NCBI GenBank assembly: GCA_047921395.1
Contig: JBLRWH010000001.1
Location: 22,142-86,141, forward strand
Direction of reading: 5' to 3'
From: Gammaproteobacteria bacterium
GTDB lineage: Bacteria; Pseudomonadota; Gammaproteobacteria; Steroidobacterales; XN24
Length of the DNA stretch: 64,000 nucleotides
The notes beneath the pieces were generated by a model. It saw only the letters and a program-made list of their open reading frames with translations, did not search any database and had not been told where the DNA came from. Made by a program: the position numbers and the translations under genes. The first letter of the stretch is position 1; each line of letters begins with the position of its first letter. Of the stretch, positions 44,208-54,955 are shown piece by piece.

Positions 44208-45166
44208 GCCGGGTATTGTTGATTGCCGACCACGACGGCAGGACGCTGAACACGGGGATCGCGCGCTCGGTGGCGTGCGCCCGCCAGCTGGGCAACGTGC
44301 ACGTCGCGGTGTTCCATGCGCCCGGTGAGGACGCGCCCTGCGCCGGCGCGGCGAAGCTCGACGGCGTGTCGCGGGTGCTGTCGGTCAGCAACCCCGCGAA
44401 CACCGCGCCGCTGGCCGCGGTGCTCGCGCCGCAGATCGCGAAGCTCGCGGCCGAGCACGAGGGCGGCTACGACTACGTGCTCGCGCCCTCCACGACCTTC
44501 GGCAAGGACGTCCTGCCGCGGGTGGCGGCGCTGCTCGGCGTGCCGCAGGTCTCGGACCTGATGGAAGTCGTCGATGCGCGCACCTTCAAGCGGCCGATCT
44601 ACGCCGGCAACGTCATCACCACCGTCAAGGTACCGGAGGGGATCCCGGTGCTGGCCACCGTGCGCATCGCGTCGTTCCCGTCGGTCGGCGAAGGCGCCGG
44701 CGCGACCATCATCGCGGCCACCGTCGAGGCGGAGTTGCCGACGCACACCCGCTACCTGGGTCTCGAGGACTCAGGCGGCGGCGACCGCCCGGACCTGCAG
44801 AGCGCGGCGCGCGTGGTGGCCGGCGGCCGCGGCGTGGGCAGCAAGGAAGGCTTCGAGATCATCTTCAAGCTCGCCGGCAAGCTCGGCGCCGCCGTGGGCG
44901 CCAGCCGCGCGGCGGTGGATGCCGGCTACGTCCCCAACGACATGCAGGTCGGCCAGACCGGCAAGATCATCGCGCCGGATCTCTACATTGCCGTCGGCAT
45001 CTCGGGCGCGATCCAGCACATGACGGGCATCAAGGACGCGGGCTGCATCGTCGCCATCAACAAGGACGGCGATGCGCCGATCTTCGAGGCCGCGGACTTC
45101 GGCCTGGTGGGCGATTTGTTCCAGCTCTTGCCGGAGCTCGAGAAGGCGCTGGACGCGTCGGGCTGA
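44204..45166 (+). CDS. etfA: Electron transfer flavoprotein alpha subunit
   Basis: [24 protein letters not shown] and GISGAIQH. Confidence 0.96.
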   Translation: MSRVLLIADHDGRTLNTGIARSVACARQLGNVHVAVFHAPGEDAPCAGAAKLDGVSRVLSVSNPANTAPLAAVLAPQIAKLAAEHEGGYDYVLAPSTTFGKDVLPRVAALLGVPQVSDLMEVVDARTFKRPIYAGNVITTVKVPEGIPVLATVRIASFPSVGEGAGATIIAATVEAELPTHTRYLGLEDSGGGDRPDLQSAARVVAGGRGVGSKEGFEIIFKLAGKLGAAVGASRAAVDAGYVPNDMQVGQTGKIIAPDLYIAVGISGAIQHMTGIKDAGCIVAINKDGDAPIFEAADFGLVGDLFQLLPELEKALDASG

Positions 45167-45393
45167 GTGATGCGACCGAGTGATCGCCCTGTCGGCCCGA
45201 GGGCGATCTACGCGATTTGCAGGGTACGTGTCGTCTGGACGCGGCTGCCGCCCCATCCCGGGATCGGCCACGCCTGACGCTGGGCGCGGGGGATGCAGGG
45301 ACTTGTCAGGTCTTTCGGTCCGATTTGCGTTGTTGCCGATTTGTATCAAGAATCATAAGCCAGCGAGGACGCTGGCCGGAGAACTGCCGCGAG

Positions 45394-48102
45394 ATGGTTC
45401 GACCAGAAGCTGCTACACGTATTGCGGCCTACAAGCTTTTTGCGCCTCCTGAATTGCCGGGATCGGTGCCCCGTAGTGCGATCCTGCAAAAAATCTTCAC
45501 GACAAACCGTCCGCGCGCGGTAGTGATCCAGGGACCAGCGGGACATGGCAAGTCCACGCTGCTGCAACAGGTCAAGTCCACCATCGATGCCACCGGGGCG
45601 TTGACCGCCTGGTTCACCCTTGACGAGAGCGATAACGATGTCAGTCGGTTTTTCACCGGGATGCAGGTGCTATTGGCCAACCTCGCACGGGCTGCTGGTG
45701 AGCCGACCACGACGAGGGGTCCACGAGATCACACGCTTCCAGCGGACTGGTTCATCGAGCGACTTCTGGCGCTCGACAGCCCTGTAGCACTGATTTTCGA
45801 CGAGTTTCAGACACTGACAAATCGCGCCACGGTGTCTTTTTTTCGTAATCTGTTCGAACACTTGCCGGAGCCACTAAGCGTATTCATCAGTTCGCGCACG
45901 GTTCCCGACATCGGACTTGCTCGTCTGGTCGTCAACAACCAGGCGTTACTGCTGCGGGCGGAAGACCTGAGGTTTTCGCGCCACGAGGTCGCTGCGTTTT
46001 TTTCCCAGGCAGACGAACTGGAGATCAGCGGCGAGGAACTCAATGCAATCTATGGCAAGACCGAAGGCTGGCCCGCGGCAGTACAACTCTATCGCCTGTC
46101 ACTAGCGCGTCCCGCAGTGCGCCAGTCTCTGTGTGACCTGGCGTCATTCCGACCCCGGCAGCTGGCGGAGTATCTCGCGGATAACGTACTGTCGCTCCAG
46201 TCGCCTGAAGCCCAGTCTTTCCTGCTGCGCACCTCGCCTCTGCTACGGATGTCAGGGGAGTTATGCGATGAGGTACTCGGGCGGCAGAACTCCCAGGAGA
46301 TGCTGGAGACCCTCGAGCATTCCGGACTGTTCGTACGCAGCCTTGACGCCGGGATGCAGTGGTTCAGTTATCACACGTTGTTCTCATCGTTCCTGATGGA
46401 ACAGCTCCGTGATCAGGAACCAGCGGCAGTGGCGCTGGCGCATCAATGCGCGGCGCGTTGGTTCGGGGAACACGGCTATTTCGAGGAAGCGATCCATCAT
46501 GCCCTTGCCAACAGGGACTTCCGCCTCGCAGCCGAGCTTCTTGACGAGTGGGCCACACAGCTCGTGATGGACGGCAACCTCGCTACGGTTGAACGCTGGT
46601 ACGATCGCCTGCCGCTCGACGAGGTTGCCCGGCATCCGGAACTGGTCATCAAGGTAGCGTGGGCGTTGGCGTTCCTGCGACGTCGCCAGAAGCTCGCGCC
46701 GATCCTGGAATTGCTGGAGCGTCAGCGCAGCCAGTCGACCCTGCCGGGCGAGGCGCGCGAAGACGTGGTGCGTTCGATGGTGGCGATCATCGACGATGAC
46801 ATCCCAACGGCTTTTGAGATCGTGCGTCCGGTGAATGCGCGGGATACGAGCGCTACCGGATTCCGGGCCTTCGAACTGGGTGCGGCTGCTAACCTCAAGG
46901 GTTACCTGGAGATCACCAGCGGCGATTTCGAGCGGGCGCGTGAATACCTGTTGCTGGCACGCGCGCACGGCGATCGTGCGAATGCGGGCTTCAGCTGGGG
47001 GTACTCGATCGGCACCGCCGGCATGAATCTGCTCTGCCAGGGCCGGCTGCAGGAAGCCCTGGAGCTCGCGCGCGACGGAGTATCCCAGCCCCGCGTCATG
47101 CTCGACGACTCGGTCGCATCGGCTTCACTGGCCGCGTGCTTCATACCAATGCTGTACGAGGTGAACGACCTCGAGGGTGCGCGCACACAATTCAAGCGCT
47201 TCCAGGATGCCATCGCCAATGCGGCCATGCACGATTATCTCGGTATCGCTTATCTCAGCATGGCGCGTCTGTATGACGCCGAGGGTCGGCCGGAGAAGGC
47301 ACAGTTGATACTTGAGGAAGCTGAAAGCATCGGTCACATGAGCCGATGCCCGCGGCTGTCGCGCCTCATCGCGTGGGAACGGGTTCGTCGTGCCCTTGTC
47401 AATGGCGAAGGTGATCGGGCGCAGTCGATCGCCAGCCGTATTCCACCGATTGAACGCCCGCTGCCGGAAGGCTGGATTCCGTTTTCAGAGTGCACCGAAG
47501 GCGACACGATCAACCGCATCAGGCTCGCAATACACGAACAAGCCCCCGACCTTGCCTTGAGGACGATCGCCACAGAGCTGGCAGTAGCAATCCGGCAGGG
47601 CCGCGTTCGCCGCCAGATCAAACTCCGAATCCTGGAGGCAATGGCCTACCACGTGAAGGGTATCGACGGAGCTGCCGGCAGGAGCCTGCGTACCGCCCTC
47701 CAGCTTGCCGCGCCGGGTGGATTCGTGAGGATCTTCCTTGACGAGGGACCAATCGCCTCGGAAATGCTGCGCGCCGAGCTGCGGCGCATCCATGCTACGC
47801 GAACTCCCGACTCGAGTGCGGCTACGCAACTCGTCGAGGTGCTGGTCCAGGCCTCGGGCGATGACCTGCAGAAGGCACTGGTCCTTCCCGGTGAGGAGTT
47901 CCAGCCGCTGGAAGCGCTATCCGTCCGCGAGGAAACGATCCTGCGGTTCCTGGCTCAAGGCCTCTCGAATCGGGACATTGCGGCCTGCGTTCATGTTTCC
48001 GAAAATACCGTGAAGTTTCACCTGAAAAATATCTATTCGAAGCTGGGCGTCCACAGCCGAGGGCAGGCGACCAGTGCAGCCCGTGAGATGCGGCTGATAT
48101 GA
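45394..48102 (+). CDS. MalT-like STAND ATPase / LuxR-HTH transcriptional activator
   Basis: Walker A GPAGHGKST, Walker B LIFDEFQ, TEGWPAAVQL, C-terminal LSVREETILRFLAQGLSNRDIA...TVKFHLKNIYSKLGV; start taken at ATG 45394. Confidence 0.92.
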   Translation: MVRPEAATRIAAYKLFAPPELPGSVPRSAILQKIFTTNRPRAVVIQGPAGHGKSTLLQQVKSTIDATGALTAWFTLDESDNDVSRFFTGMQVLLANLARAAGEPTTTRGPRDHTLPADWFIERLLALDSPVALIFDEFQTLTNRATVSFFRNLFEHLPEPLSVFISSRTVPDIGLARLVVNNQALLLRAEDLRFSRHEVAAFFSQADELEISGEELNAIYGKTEGWPAAVQLYRLSLARPAVRQSLCDLASFRPRQLAEYLADNVLSLQSPEAQSFLLRTSPLLRMSGELCDEVLGRQNSQEMLETLEHSGLFVRSLDAGMQWFSYHTLFSSFLMEQLRDQEPAAVALAHQCAARWFGEHGYFEEAIHHALANRDFRLAAELLDEWATQLVMDGNLATVERWYDRLPLDEVARHPELVIKVAWALAFLRRRQKLAPILELLERQRSQSTLPGEAREDVVRSMVAIIDDDIPTAFEIVRPVNARDTSATGFRAFELGAAANLKGYLEITSGDFERAREYLLLARAHGDRANAGFSWGYSIGTAGMNLLCQGRLQEALELARDGVSQPRVMLDDSVASASLAACFIPMLYEVNDLEGARTQFKRFQDAIANAAMHDYLGIAYLSMARLYDAEGRPEKAQLILEEAESIGHMSRCPRLSRLIAWERVRRALVNGEGDRAQSIASRIPPIERPLPEGWIPFSECTEGDTINRIRLAIHEQAPDLALRTIATELAVAIRQGRVRRQIKLRILEAMAYHVKGIDGAAGRSLRTALQLAAPGGFVRIFLDEGPIASEMLRAELRRIHATRTPDSSAATQLVEVLVQASGDDLQKALVLPGEEFQPLEALSVREETILRFLAQGLSNRDIAACVHVSENTVKFHLKNIYSKLGVHSRGQATSAAREMRLI

Positions 48103-48117
48103 CCTCTCTTGGTAGAG

Positions 48118-48579
48118 TCAGGCCAATGCGTAGACGTCGTAGCGCACGGTGAAGGTCTCCAGGTCAGCCTCCCCGACCGCAACGCACTGCAGTCTGTTCA
48201 GCCAGGCAAAATCAGGGTGAGCCGTACTCAGCCGTGGCGTGGTCCGTAGCTCGAGTCGCGGCGGCAATTTCCCCTTCAGAAACGCCTCGTACCCGCCACT
48301 CCCGAAATCCGTCACGCCGTTGTATGCGAGAAAGATCAAGGCGCCGTCAGTCGTTTCCAGGGTGGCGCGCACGTCAAGAATTCCGATGCCGTCCGACCGT
48401 ATCGTCAACCAATCGGCACCGACCGGGCGCAATTTGCCCCGTAGTCTGGGACCCGCGAATTCACCCCCGGTCACGTAGAAATTCACCCGTATTCCTTCAG
48501 GTACCGGCCCGATCACTTCGGGTGGGTTGGCCAGCGTGGCGCTGTAAGAGCAGATGTGCTCCAGGTGGCAATCAAACAT
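48118..48579 (-). CDS. DUF3237 (UPF0311)-like protein
   Basis: [15 protein letters not shown]...GADW...[15 protein letters not shown] and [11 protein letters not shown] pattern. Confidence 0.82.
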   Translation of the reverse strand: MFDCHLEHICSYSATLANPPEVIGPVPEGIRVNFYVTGGEFAGPRLRGKLRPVGADWLTIRSDGIGILDVRATLETTDGALIFLAYNGVTDFGSGGYEAFLKGKLPPRLELRTTPRLSTAHPDFAWLNRLQCVAVGEADLETFTVRYDVYALA

Positions 48580-48604
48580 CGAGGCCCTCCTTTGAGCACA
48601 CGGG

Positions 48605-49717
48605 CTAGTTTGGCGTCACTTCCCAGGTTAGATGGCCACACTCCGCGGTTGCCGCGGCGAGTTCCCGGTGACCAAACGCCGTGCAGGGCGAAACGAACCC
48701 TACAGTCCTCAGGTGCCCCGTCAGGATCCGGCGTACCGACTCGGCGGCCCAGACACCGGCCTGAATATAAGGACTATTACCCCGCAATACCACGTTCGCG
48801 CCGGCGACGTCGCCGCGGCCAAAACAGGAAATCGTGGACCGATTCAGCGCTCGAACCTCTCGTGGTGGCTCCTCTGCGACCATGCCTCGTCCCCAGGAGT
48901 TTGTCGCTTCTTCCTGCTGGTCGCGAGGCAGGTGGCGCAACGAGTCGTGCCAATCCTGCATCCGCCCCACCACCCAATCCATGATTTCCGGACGCCGGAA
49001 TGCAACCAGCACACTGCAGTTATTCACCCGGTCGTCGCCACGGTACCAAGCAGGTTCACCGCCACCGCCCCACGGTAACGCCCTGTAGATTTGATGCTCG
49101 CCGGGTATCGACACATCGTATGAAGTCGCGTGTGGCCATACCTCGAGTACGTTGTTTTTAAGGTAGTGCTGGTCACCGCAGCACATGCGCAGGAACGACA
49201 TCGTTGAAGCCACGCTCGTATTACTATCGGCGACGTAGACCAGGTCGAGGGTATCGATACCCGGCGTCTCTAGCGCGAACTCAGCCGCAATATTGCCCGC
49301 TGTCCACATCCAGCCGTTGGCTGGACACAGTAACAGTTCCCGCGCCCGGAATTGCTCGCCATAACGCTCCTCCAGCATCAACATCCAGTCCTGCTCGCCG
49401 GTCGTGTCCAGGTAATGCACCCCAGCGTCCAGGCACGCCTGAACGACCGGTTCGGAAAGCTGCATGAACGGGCCGACAACGTTGTAGACGACCTTGGCTC
49501 CCACAAACAGTGCCGCGAGCGCCTTACGGTCTCTCTCCACGGCGACACACTGGTACTGAGCATGTTCGAGTTCCGGTACCAGTCGCATCTGTTCCTCGAG
49601 TCGTTGCTGGTCACGGCCGGCAGCGATGAACGGAATGCCGCGCTCCGCCAGATGCCAGGCAATCAACTTGCCCGTGTAGCCACTGGCACCATAGATCACT
49701 ACTTGTGGCTTGCTCAT
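48605..49717 (-). CDS. Saccharopine dehydrogenase-like NAD(P)-dependent oxidoreductase (trans-acting enoyl reductase-like)
   Basis: [17 protein letters not shown] and HYLDTTGE; ATG overlaps the ligase stop. Confidence 0.82.
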   Translation of the reverse strand: MSKPQVVIYGASGYTGKLIAWHLAERGIPFIAAGRDQQRLEEQMRLVPELEHAQYQCVAVERDRKALAALFVGAKVVYNVVGPFMQLSEPVVQACLDAGVHYLDTTGEQDWMLMLEERYGEQFRARELLLCPANGWMWTAGNIAAEFALETPGIDTLDLVYVADSNTSVASTMSFLRMCCGDQHYLKNNVLEVWPHATSYDVSIPGEHQIYRALPWGGGGEPAWYRGDDRVNNCSVLVAFRRPEIMDWVVGRMQDWHDSLRHLPRDQQEEATNSWGRGMVAEEPPREVRALNRSTISCFGRGDVAGANVVLRGNSPYIQAGVWAAESVRRILTGHLRTVGFVSPCTAFGHRELAAATAECGHLTWEVTPN

Positions 49718-51327
49718 GGAAAGTCCCTCGCTGCGAAAACATAATCCCGACGCTCGTGCAGGAGCCGTCGGCAGAAGCGCTTCATTGGTTTCTCGGAAGC
49801 GGTTTTTGGAATTTCCTCCAGAACCTGCAGGTAGGCCGGCACGCTGCTCCGCTCCAGGTGGGCGCGACACCACGTGTACAACGCAACGGGGTCTGGTGGA
49901 TGCTCGCTACGCAACACGACTGCCGCGACCACGTCGCTCTCCCCTGGCACCTTGGAGGCAGCTTCGACGCCATAGACGAACACGTCGTCCACGTCCGGAT
50001 GCTCTGCGATCTCCTTCTCAATATAAGTGGGATTGATAAAATCCCCGTTGCAGCGAATCGCATCGCCATCACGGTAGTCGAAATACAACCAACCCTCGGA
50101 GTCCGTGTGGCAGATGTCGCCGGTGCGGAACCATCCACCCCTGATCTTCGCACGGGATGCTGCCTCGTTCTTGTAATACGCGACGGGCGGACAGCTGCCG
50201 TCAGCATTGCGGAACACCAACTCACCCTGCACACCCGGCGGACACTCTTGGTCCCGCTCGTCGAAAATTCTCGCGACCATCGAAGGCGGTGGCCGGCCGA
50301 TGCTGCCGATGGGGCCGGTACTGGACGGGTTCATCGACAGGCCGCCCTCGGCAGTGGCGTAAAATTCAAATATCTGCAGGTCAAATCGCCGACTGAATTT
50401 TTCCCAGATTGCCGCAGGCATTCCCGCAGCAAGCACGTAACGCACCGGGTTCTCAGCGTCGTCGGCGCGCTCCGGTTCACTGTAGATCGCGGTAGTCATG
50501 CCGCCCAGCAAGTTGAACGTCGTGCAACCGTAGGCGCGCGTGATGTCCCACAGCCTCGATTTGGTAAATCGCCGGCTGAACGTGCCATACAATCCCATTT
50601 TCAGCACGTTGCCGAGGGTGATCAGCTGGGCATTCGCGTGCGTAAGTGAGAGGCCGGAGTATGGCCGATCCTCGGGCGTCAGCCCGATCGCCGGGCCGAG
50701 GGCAGCGACCCCGCCGAAGCGTGCATGAGGTGACAGAATCGCTTTCGGATCTCCAGTAGTCCCGGATGTGTACAGCATTTGCATCGGCAAGACGGAGTCC
50801 TGTGACAGGATGGGCAGGTCTGGCACAGGCTCAGCCAGCACCGTGGCAAAATCGAGCAGCGGAAACGGCGCCGCCGGAAGCACCGCCGGCCTGCTGCAGA
50901 GCACCCAGGCCCAGCGCAACTTGGGCAGTTCCGCCGCGACGGCCAGCAGACGCGGCAGTGCATAGTCTGCAATGAATACACCGCTGCACTCCGCGAAATC
51001 CAGCATGTACTGCAGCTTGCGGCCCTGGGTCCGCGGGTCGATTGGTACGAAAATCGTCGCTGCAATGCTGCTGCCGACCATTGCGTCGACGAACTCCGGG
51101 TGATTCTGCATCATGATCGCAAAGCGGTCGCCCTGCGCCATCCCTGCGGCAGCGAGTGCAGCTGCCACTCGCTGGCCGTTGTCCCATAGCTCCCGATAAT
51201 TGCGATACGATTCCAAGAATGAGCCGTCCTCGGCGATGTCGACAAAGGTCAACACGCGCCGGTCGGGATCACGCTCACGCCAGTCGGCAATCATATGGCT
51301 CAGAATCGAACTGTCTCGTGCGCTCAT
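49714..51327 (-). CDS. Acyl-CoA synthetase (AMP-binding, CaiC-like)
   Basis: YTSGTTGDPK, FYATAEG, WFRTGD and IPKTASEK. Confidence 0.92.
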   Translation of the reverse strand: MSARDSSILSHMIADWRERDPDRRVLTFVDIAEDGSFLESYRNYRELWDNGQRVAAALAAAGMAQGDRFAIMMQNHPEFVDAMVGSSIAATIFVPIDPRTQGRKLQYMLDFAECSGVFIADYALPRLLAVAAELPKLRWAWVLCSRPAVLPAAPFPLLDFATVLAEPVPDLPILSQDSVLPMQMLYTSGTTGDPKAILSPHARFGGVAALGPAIGLTPEDRPYSGLSLTHANAQLITLGNVLKMGLYGTFSRRFTKSRLWDITRAYGCTTFNLLGGMTTAIYSEPERADDAENPVRYVLAAGMPAAIWEKFSRRFDLQIFEFYATAEGGLSMNPSSTGPIGSIGRPPPSMVARIFDERDQECPPGVQGELVFRNADGSCPPVAYYKNEAASRAKIRGGWFRTGDICHTDSEGWLYFDYRDGDAIRCNGDFINPTYIEKEIAEHPDVDDVFVYGVEAASKVPGESDVVAAVVLRSEHPPDPVALYTWCRAHLERSSVPAYLQVLEEIPKTASEKPMKRFCRRLLHERRDYVFAARDFP

Positions 51328-51338
51328 CAGGATATCCC

Positions 51339-52574
51339 TCAGCGGGTGAGTACGCTGACCACGAGCGCAGCGGCGTCCTCGCCGATATAGCCTCCCCCGT
51401 TCTCCGCCAGCCCGACGCGCGCGCCTGGTACCTGTCGCGCGCCTGCAGAACCTCGCAATTGCTCGGTGAGCTCAACGATCTGCGCGATCCCGGTAGCGCC
51501 GATGGGATGCCCTTTTCGGAGTAGTCCCCCGGACGTATTCACCGGAATACGCCCACCGAGGCGGGTGTGGCCGGCGGCCACAAATGGCCCGCCTTCACCT
51601 TTGGGACAGAGACCGAGGTGCTCATAGTAGAGAATCTCGGACGGCGCCGAAGCATCATGCAGCTCGACGCAGCTCAAGTCCTCGGGACCGATACCGGCTT
51701 CTTCATATGCCTGGCGGGCGACGACCTCCGGAAGTTTCAGCGTTTCCCCGGCTTCATAGTCCCAGCCGCTTGCCAGGACCGAGGACGCGACTCGAACTCC
51801 GTCGGCGATCCCGAGTTCGCGCGCCTTCCGCTCGCTGACGATTACCACTGCCGCAGCACCGTCGCCAATGGGCGAACACATGGGCAGCGTAAGCGGCCAG
51901 GCGATCTGGCGAGCGGCAAGCACATCCTCAACGGTCAGCACATCCTGATACTGGGCACGCGGGTTCAGGCTCCCGTGAAACGAGTTCTTCGCGGATACCG
52001 CTGCGAAGTGCTCGCGGGTAGTCCCATAGTCACGCATGTGCCTTACCGCCCATGCGACGTACACGTCCATGAACATCGAGCGCGTGCTGCCCGCCCCCTC
52101 CAGGTCTGCTTTCATTCCCGTGGACTCGATTGCCGCCTGGATGCCGTGCATCACGTTGTCCATATCCTCAACGTCCGCCGCCCCGCTGAACACAGCGAAG
52201 GTGCGCGCCTTGTCAGCGTGGTACAACTTCTCGAATCCGCAAGCCAGGACCACATCGTATACTCCGGCAGTGACCATCGCGCAGGCCTGGTGAAACGCCG
52301 TCGAGGCGGTTGCACAGGCGTTCTCGACATTGACTACCGGAATGCGTCCGATGCCAAGCGGCCGCAACACCATCTGCCCCGGGACACAGACCTGGCCTGT
52401 GATCAGGCCAGCCGCTGCGTTCCCCATCCAGGCGGCCTCCAGGTCCTTTCCATCGATGCCGGCGTCCCTCAGCGCCGCACTCACCGCTTCGCCGGCGAGT
52501 GACTTCAGGCCACGGTCCAGGTGCTTGCCGAAATTCGTCATACCGACGCCAGCCACGTATGCACGCTGTCTCAC
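51339..52574 (-). CDS. SCP2-type thiolase family protein
   Basis: [24 protein letters not shown] and AENGGG; GTG start overlaps the ACAD stop. Confidence 0.9.
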   Translation of the reverse strand: MRQRAYVAGVGMTNFGKHLDRGLKSLAGEAVSAALRDAGIDGKDLEAAWMGNAAAGLITGQVCVPGQMVLRPLGIGRIPVVNVENACATASTAFHQACAMVTAGVYDVVLACGFEKLYHADKARTFAVFSGAADVEDMDNVMHGIQAAIESTGMKADLEGAGSTRSMFMDVYVAWAVRHMRDYGTTREHFAAVSAKNSFHGSLNPRAQYQDVLTVEDVLAARQIAWPLTLPMCSPIGDGAAAVVIVSERKARELGIADGVRVASSVLASGWDYEAGETLKLPEVVARQAYEEAGIGPEDLSCVELHDASAPSEILYYEHLGLCPKGEGGPFVAAGHTRLGGRIPVNTSGGLLRKGHPIGATGIAQIVELTEQLRGSAGARQVPGARVGLAENGGGYIGEDAAALVVSVLTR

Positions 52575-53878
52575 AGCCGGTCCTCATCCAGCAGGTAATA
52601 ACCACCTTTCAATGCCAGCACGTAGTTGCAGCCATCCTCAATCAGTGATGCGCGGGCATCGCGCAGGATCTTCTCGATCGGATACTCGTGTGTCAGCCCA
52701 TTGCCGCCAAAGATCTGCAGGGCCTCCGAAGCGACGTCGAATGAAGTCTGGGTCGCCTGGACCTTGGCCGCCATCGCAATCTGGATCGCCGGCACGGAGG
52801 CCGCCTGGTTGTAGTGAGCGGCCCTGCGTGTAAGTGCACACGAAGCTTCCACCTGGCGGAACATGTGGAACAGTCGCCAAGCCACGAGCTGATGCTTGCA
52901 GATCGGCACGCCACCCTGCTTTCGCTCATGCGCATAATCATGCGCAAGGTCATAGGCTGACCGCGCCACGCCAGTCCAGGTCGCACCCATGAGCACATTG
53001 GCCTCGGCATGGATGCAATACACAGCGCGCTGGAAATCCTCTGGGCCGGCGAGAACATACTCCAGCGGAACCTCGACGTCCGCGAAGAACACCTCACCCT
53101 GGGGATCACCCCGCTGCCCGAGTTTCTCTAGCGGCTTACCTTGCGTGATTCCCGGCAAATCCATCGGTATCACGAGCACGCAACCGCGCTCCGGATCCGG
53201 CCCATCCCCCGTATCCGCGGCGCAGTAGAGGATACAGACATCTGCGATCGTCGCGTTGGAGACCCAGGCCGCCTTCTGGCCGTTGATGACCACGCGGTCC
53301 TTGTAGAACCTGGCGGTCGTGTTCGGCCTGCCGAATTTGCTTTGCGGATGACGGATCTTGCCATTCGGGTCAAGCATGTCGCTGCCATGGTCCGGTTCGG
53401 TGATAGCCCAACAGCCCATCAGTTCCTGCGGAAAACGCTCCATCAGGAACTTGTTGCCGAATAACGCCGAAAGGTACTGGGGAAGAATCGAGGCTCCCGC
53501 TGAAATCGCGAGCCCGCCGTCACCGTAACCGAGTTCCTCAAAAATGATGCAAAACATCCTCGAGCGAACCTCAGGCGGCATTTCGGAAAGCGCTCCGAGG
53601 TCGATGCCGAGATCGAGGTACTTGCGACGAAACTCCCAGAATGGGGACTCCGGGGCAATGATATCCGCTGCGCTCATGCGGTCGAGTTGCTGGCCGATCG
53701 GTCGCATGACCTTCAGCGCAAACTTGCGCAGGATGTCCTGGAACTCGGCCTCCACGTCGGTCAGCGGCGGGTCGGCGCCAAACTCGCCGAGCTTCGCCTT
53801 CGGGCTGACAGGCCATGAATAGATCGGGCTGCTGCGGTCGACCTGAGTGTCGATCACCTTATTCTCCTGGGTGGACAT
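52571..53878 (-). CDS. Acyl-CoA dehydrogenase (atypical active-site segment)
   Basis: WAITEPDHGSD, NGQKAWVSN, ERKQGG, QIFGGNG and RDARASLIEDG. Confidence 0.92.
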   Translation of the reverse strand: MSTQENKVIDTQVDRSSPIYSWPVSPKAKLGEFGADPPLTDVEAEFQDILRKFALKVMRPIGQQLDRMSAADIIAPESPFWEFRRKYLDLGIDLGALSEMPPEVRSRMFCIIFEELGYGDGGLAISAGASILPQYLSALFGNKFLMERFPQELMGCWAITEPDHGSDMLDPNGKIRHPQSKFGRPNTTARFYKDRVVINGQKAAWVSNATIADVCILYCAADTGDGPDPERGCVLVIPMDLPGITQGKPLEKLGQRGDPQGEVFFADVEVPLEYVLAGPEDFQRAVYCIHAEANVLMGATWTGVARSAYDLAHDYAHERKQGGVPICKHQLVAWRLFHMFRQVEASCALTRRAAHYNQAASVPAIQIAMAAKVQATQTSFDVASEALQIFGGNGLTHEYPIEKILRDARASLIEDGCNYVLALKGGYYLLDEDRL

Positions 53879-53902
53879 GATGCGTTACTCCTTTGAATCG
53901 AG

Positions 53903-54955
53903 TCAGGCTGCGTTTACACGGACGATCAACTTGCCGAAGTTGCGGCCCTCGAGAAGGCCGATGAATGCCTGGGGCGCCGCTTCGAGCCCAGTGACCATAT
54001 CCTGGCGGTAATGCACCTTCCCGGCACGCAGCCATTCGCTCATGGCCTGGCTGAACTCCTCGAAGCTCTCACCGTAGTGATCGAAGATGAGGAACCCTTG
54101 CATGCGGATGCGCTTGACCACCAGGTTCGCCAAGAGCAACGGCGTTCGGTCCGGCCCCGGCGCCAGGAAACCGCTGTTGTAATGAGCAATCAAGCCGCAA
54201 ACCGGCACGCGTGCGCCACGATTCAGCAATGGAAGTGCAGCCTCGAATACGCGGCCGCCGACATTTTCGAAGTAGATGTCCACCCCTTGAGGACATGCGG
54301 CGCGGAGCCGCGCCGGAAGATCGTCCCCGCGGTGGTCGATGCATGCGTCATAGGCCAACTGCTCGACTGCATAGCCACACTTCTCCGGCCCGCCAGCGAT
54401 GCCAATGACACGACAACCGAGCATTTTGCCAATCTGCCCCACGACGGATCCGACGGCACCGGTGGCCGCAGATACCAGCAGGGTCTCACCCGCACGTGGC
54501 TTGCCGATGTCGAGCAGCCCGATATAAGCCGTGAAACCCGGCATGCCAAGCACTCCCAGTGCATATGCGGCCTCTTCGAGGTCCGGGGGGACGCGCAATA
54601 GTCCGGTACCATCGGAGATCGCCCAGGACTGCCAGCCGGCATTCGCGACAACCCTGTCTCCGACAGCGTAATTCGAGTTGCGGGACCTTGCGACCCAGGA
54701 GACGGTTTGACCTGTCATCACACCGCCAAGAGGCACCGGCTCCGAGTACGATGGTCCGTCATTCATGCGCCCTCGCATGTAGGGATCAAGCGACAGGTAC
54801 TCCGTATGCAAGAGCACTTCGCCGTCCCCAGGCTCGGGGACATCCGTTTCCTCCAGGCGGAAGCAATCCCGAGACGGGGCCCCCTCCGGCCGGCGAGCAA
54901 GCACGACACGCAGGTTCCTGCGCCCGGTGACAGCGGTTGCGACTACTTCAGGCAC
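53903..54955 (-). CDS. NADPH-dependent ene-reductase (CurA/YncB, prostaglandin reductase-like MDR)
   Basis: LSLDPYMRGRM, GMPGFTAY, SAATGAVGS, YFENVGG and GRNFGK. Confidence 0.92.
   Translation of the reverse strand: MPEVVATAVTGRRNLRVVLARRPEGAPSRDCFRLEETDVPEPGDGEVLLHTEYLSLDPYMRGRMNDGPSYSEPVPLGGVMTGQTVSWVARSRNSNYAVGDRVVANAGWQSWAISDGTGLLRVPPDLEEAAYALGVLGMPGFTAYIGLLDIGKPRAGETLLVSAATGAVGSVVGQIGKMLGCRVIGIAGGPEKCGYAVEQLAYDACIDHRGDDLPARLRAACPQGVDIYFENVGGRVFEAALPLLNRGARVPVCGLIAHYNSGFLAPGPDRTPLLLANLVVKRIRMQGFLIFDHYGESFEEFSQAMSEWLRAGKVHYRQDMVTGLEAAPQAFIGLLEGRNFGKLIVRVNAA

Noticed and set aside
48100-48120. Bidirectional terminator between the convergent regulator and DUF3237
   Set aside because: Only a weak bulged stem (TGAC...GTCA) with no U-tract.
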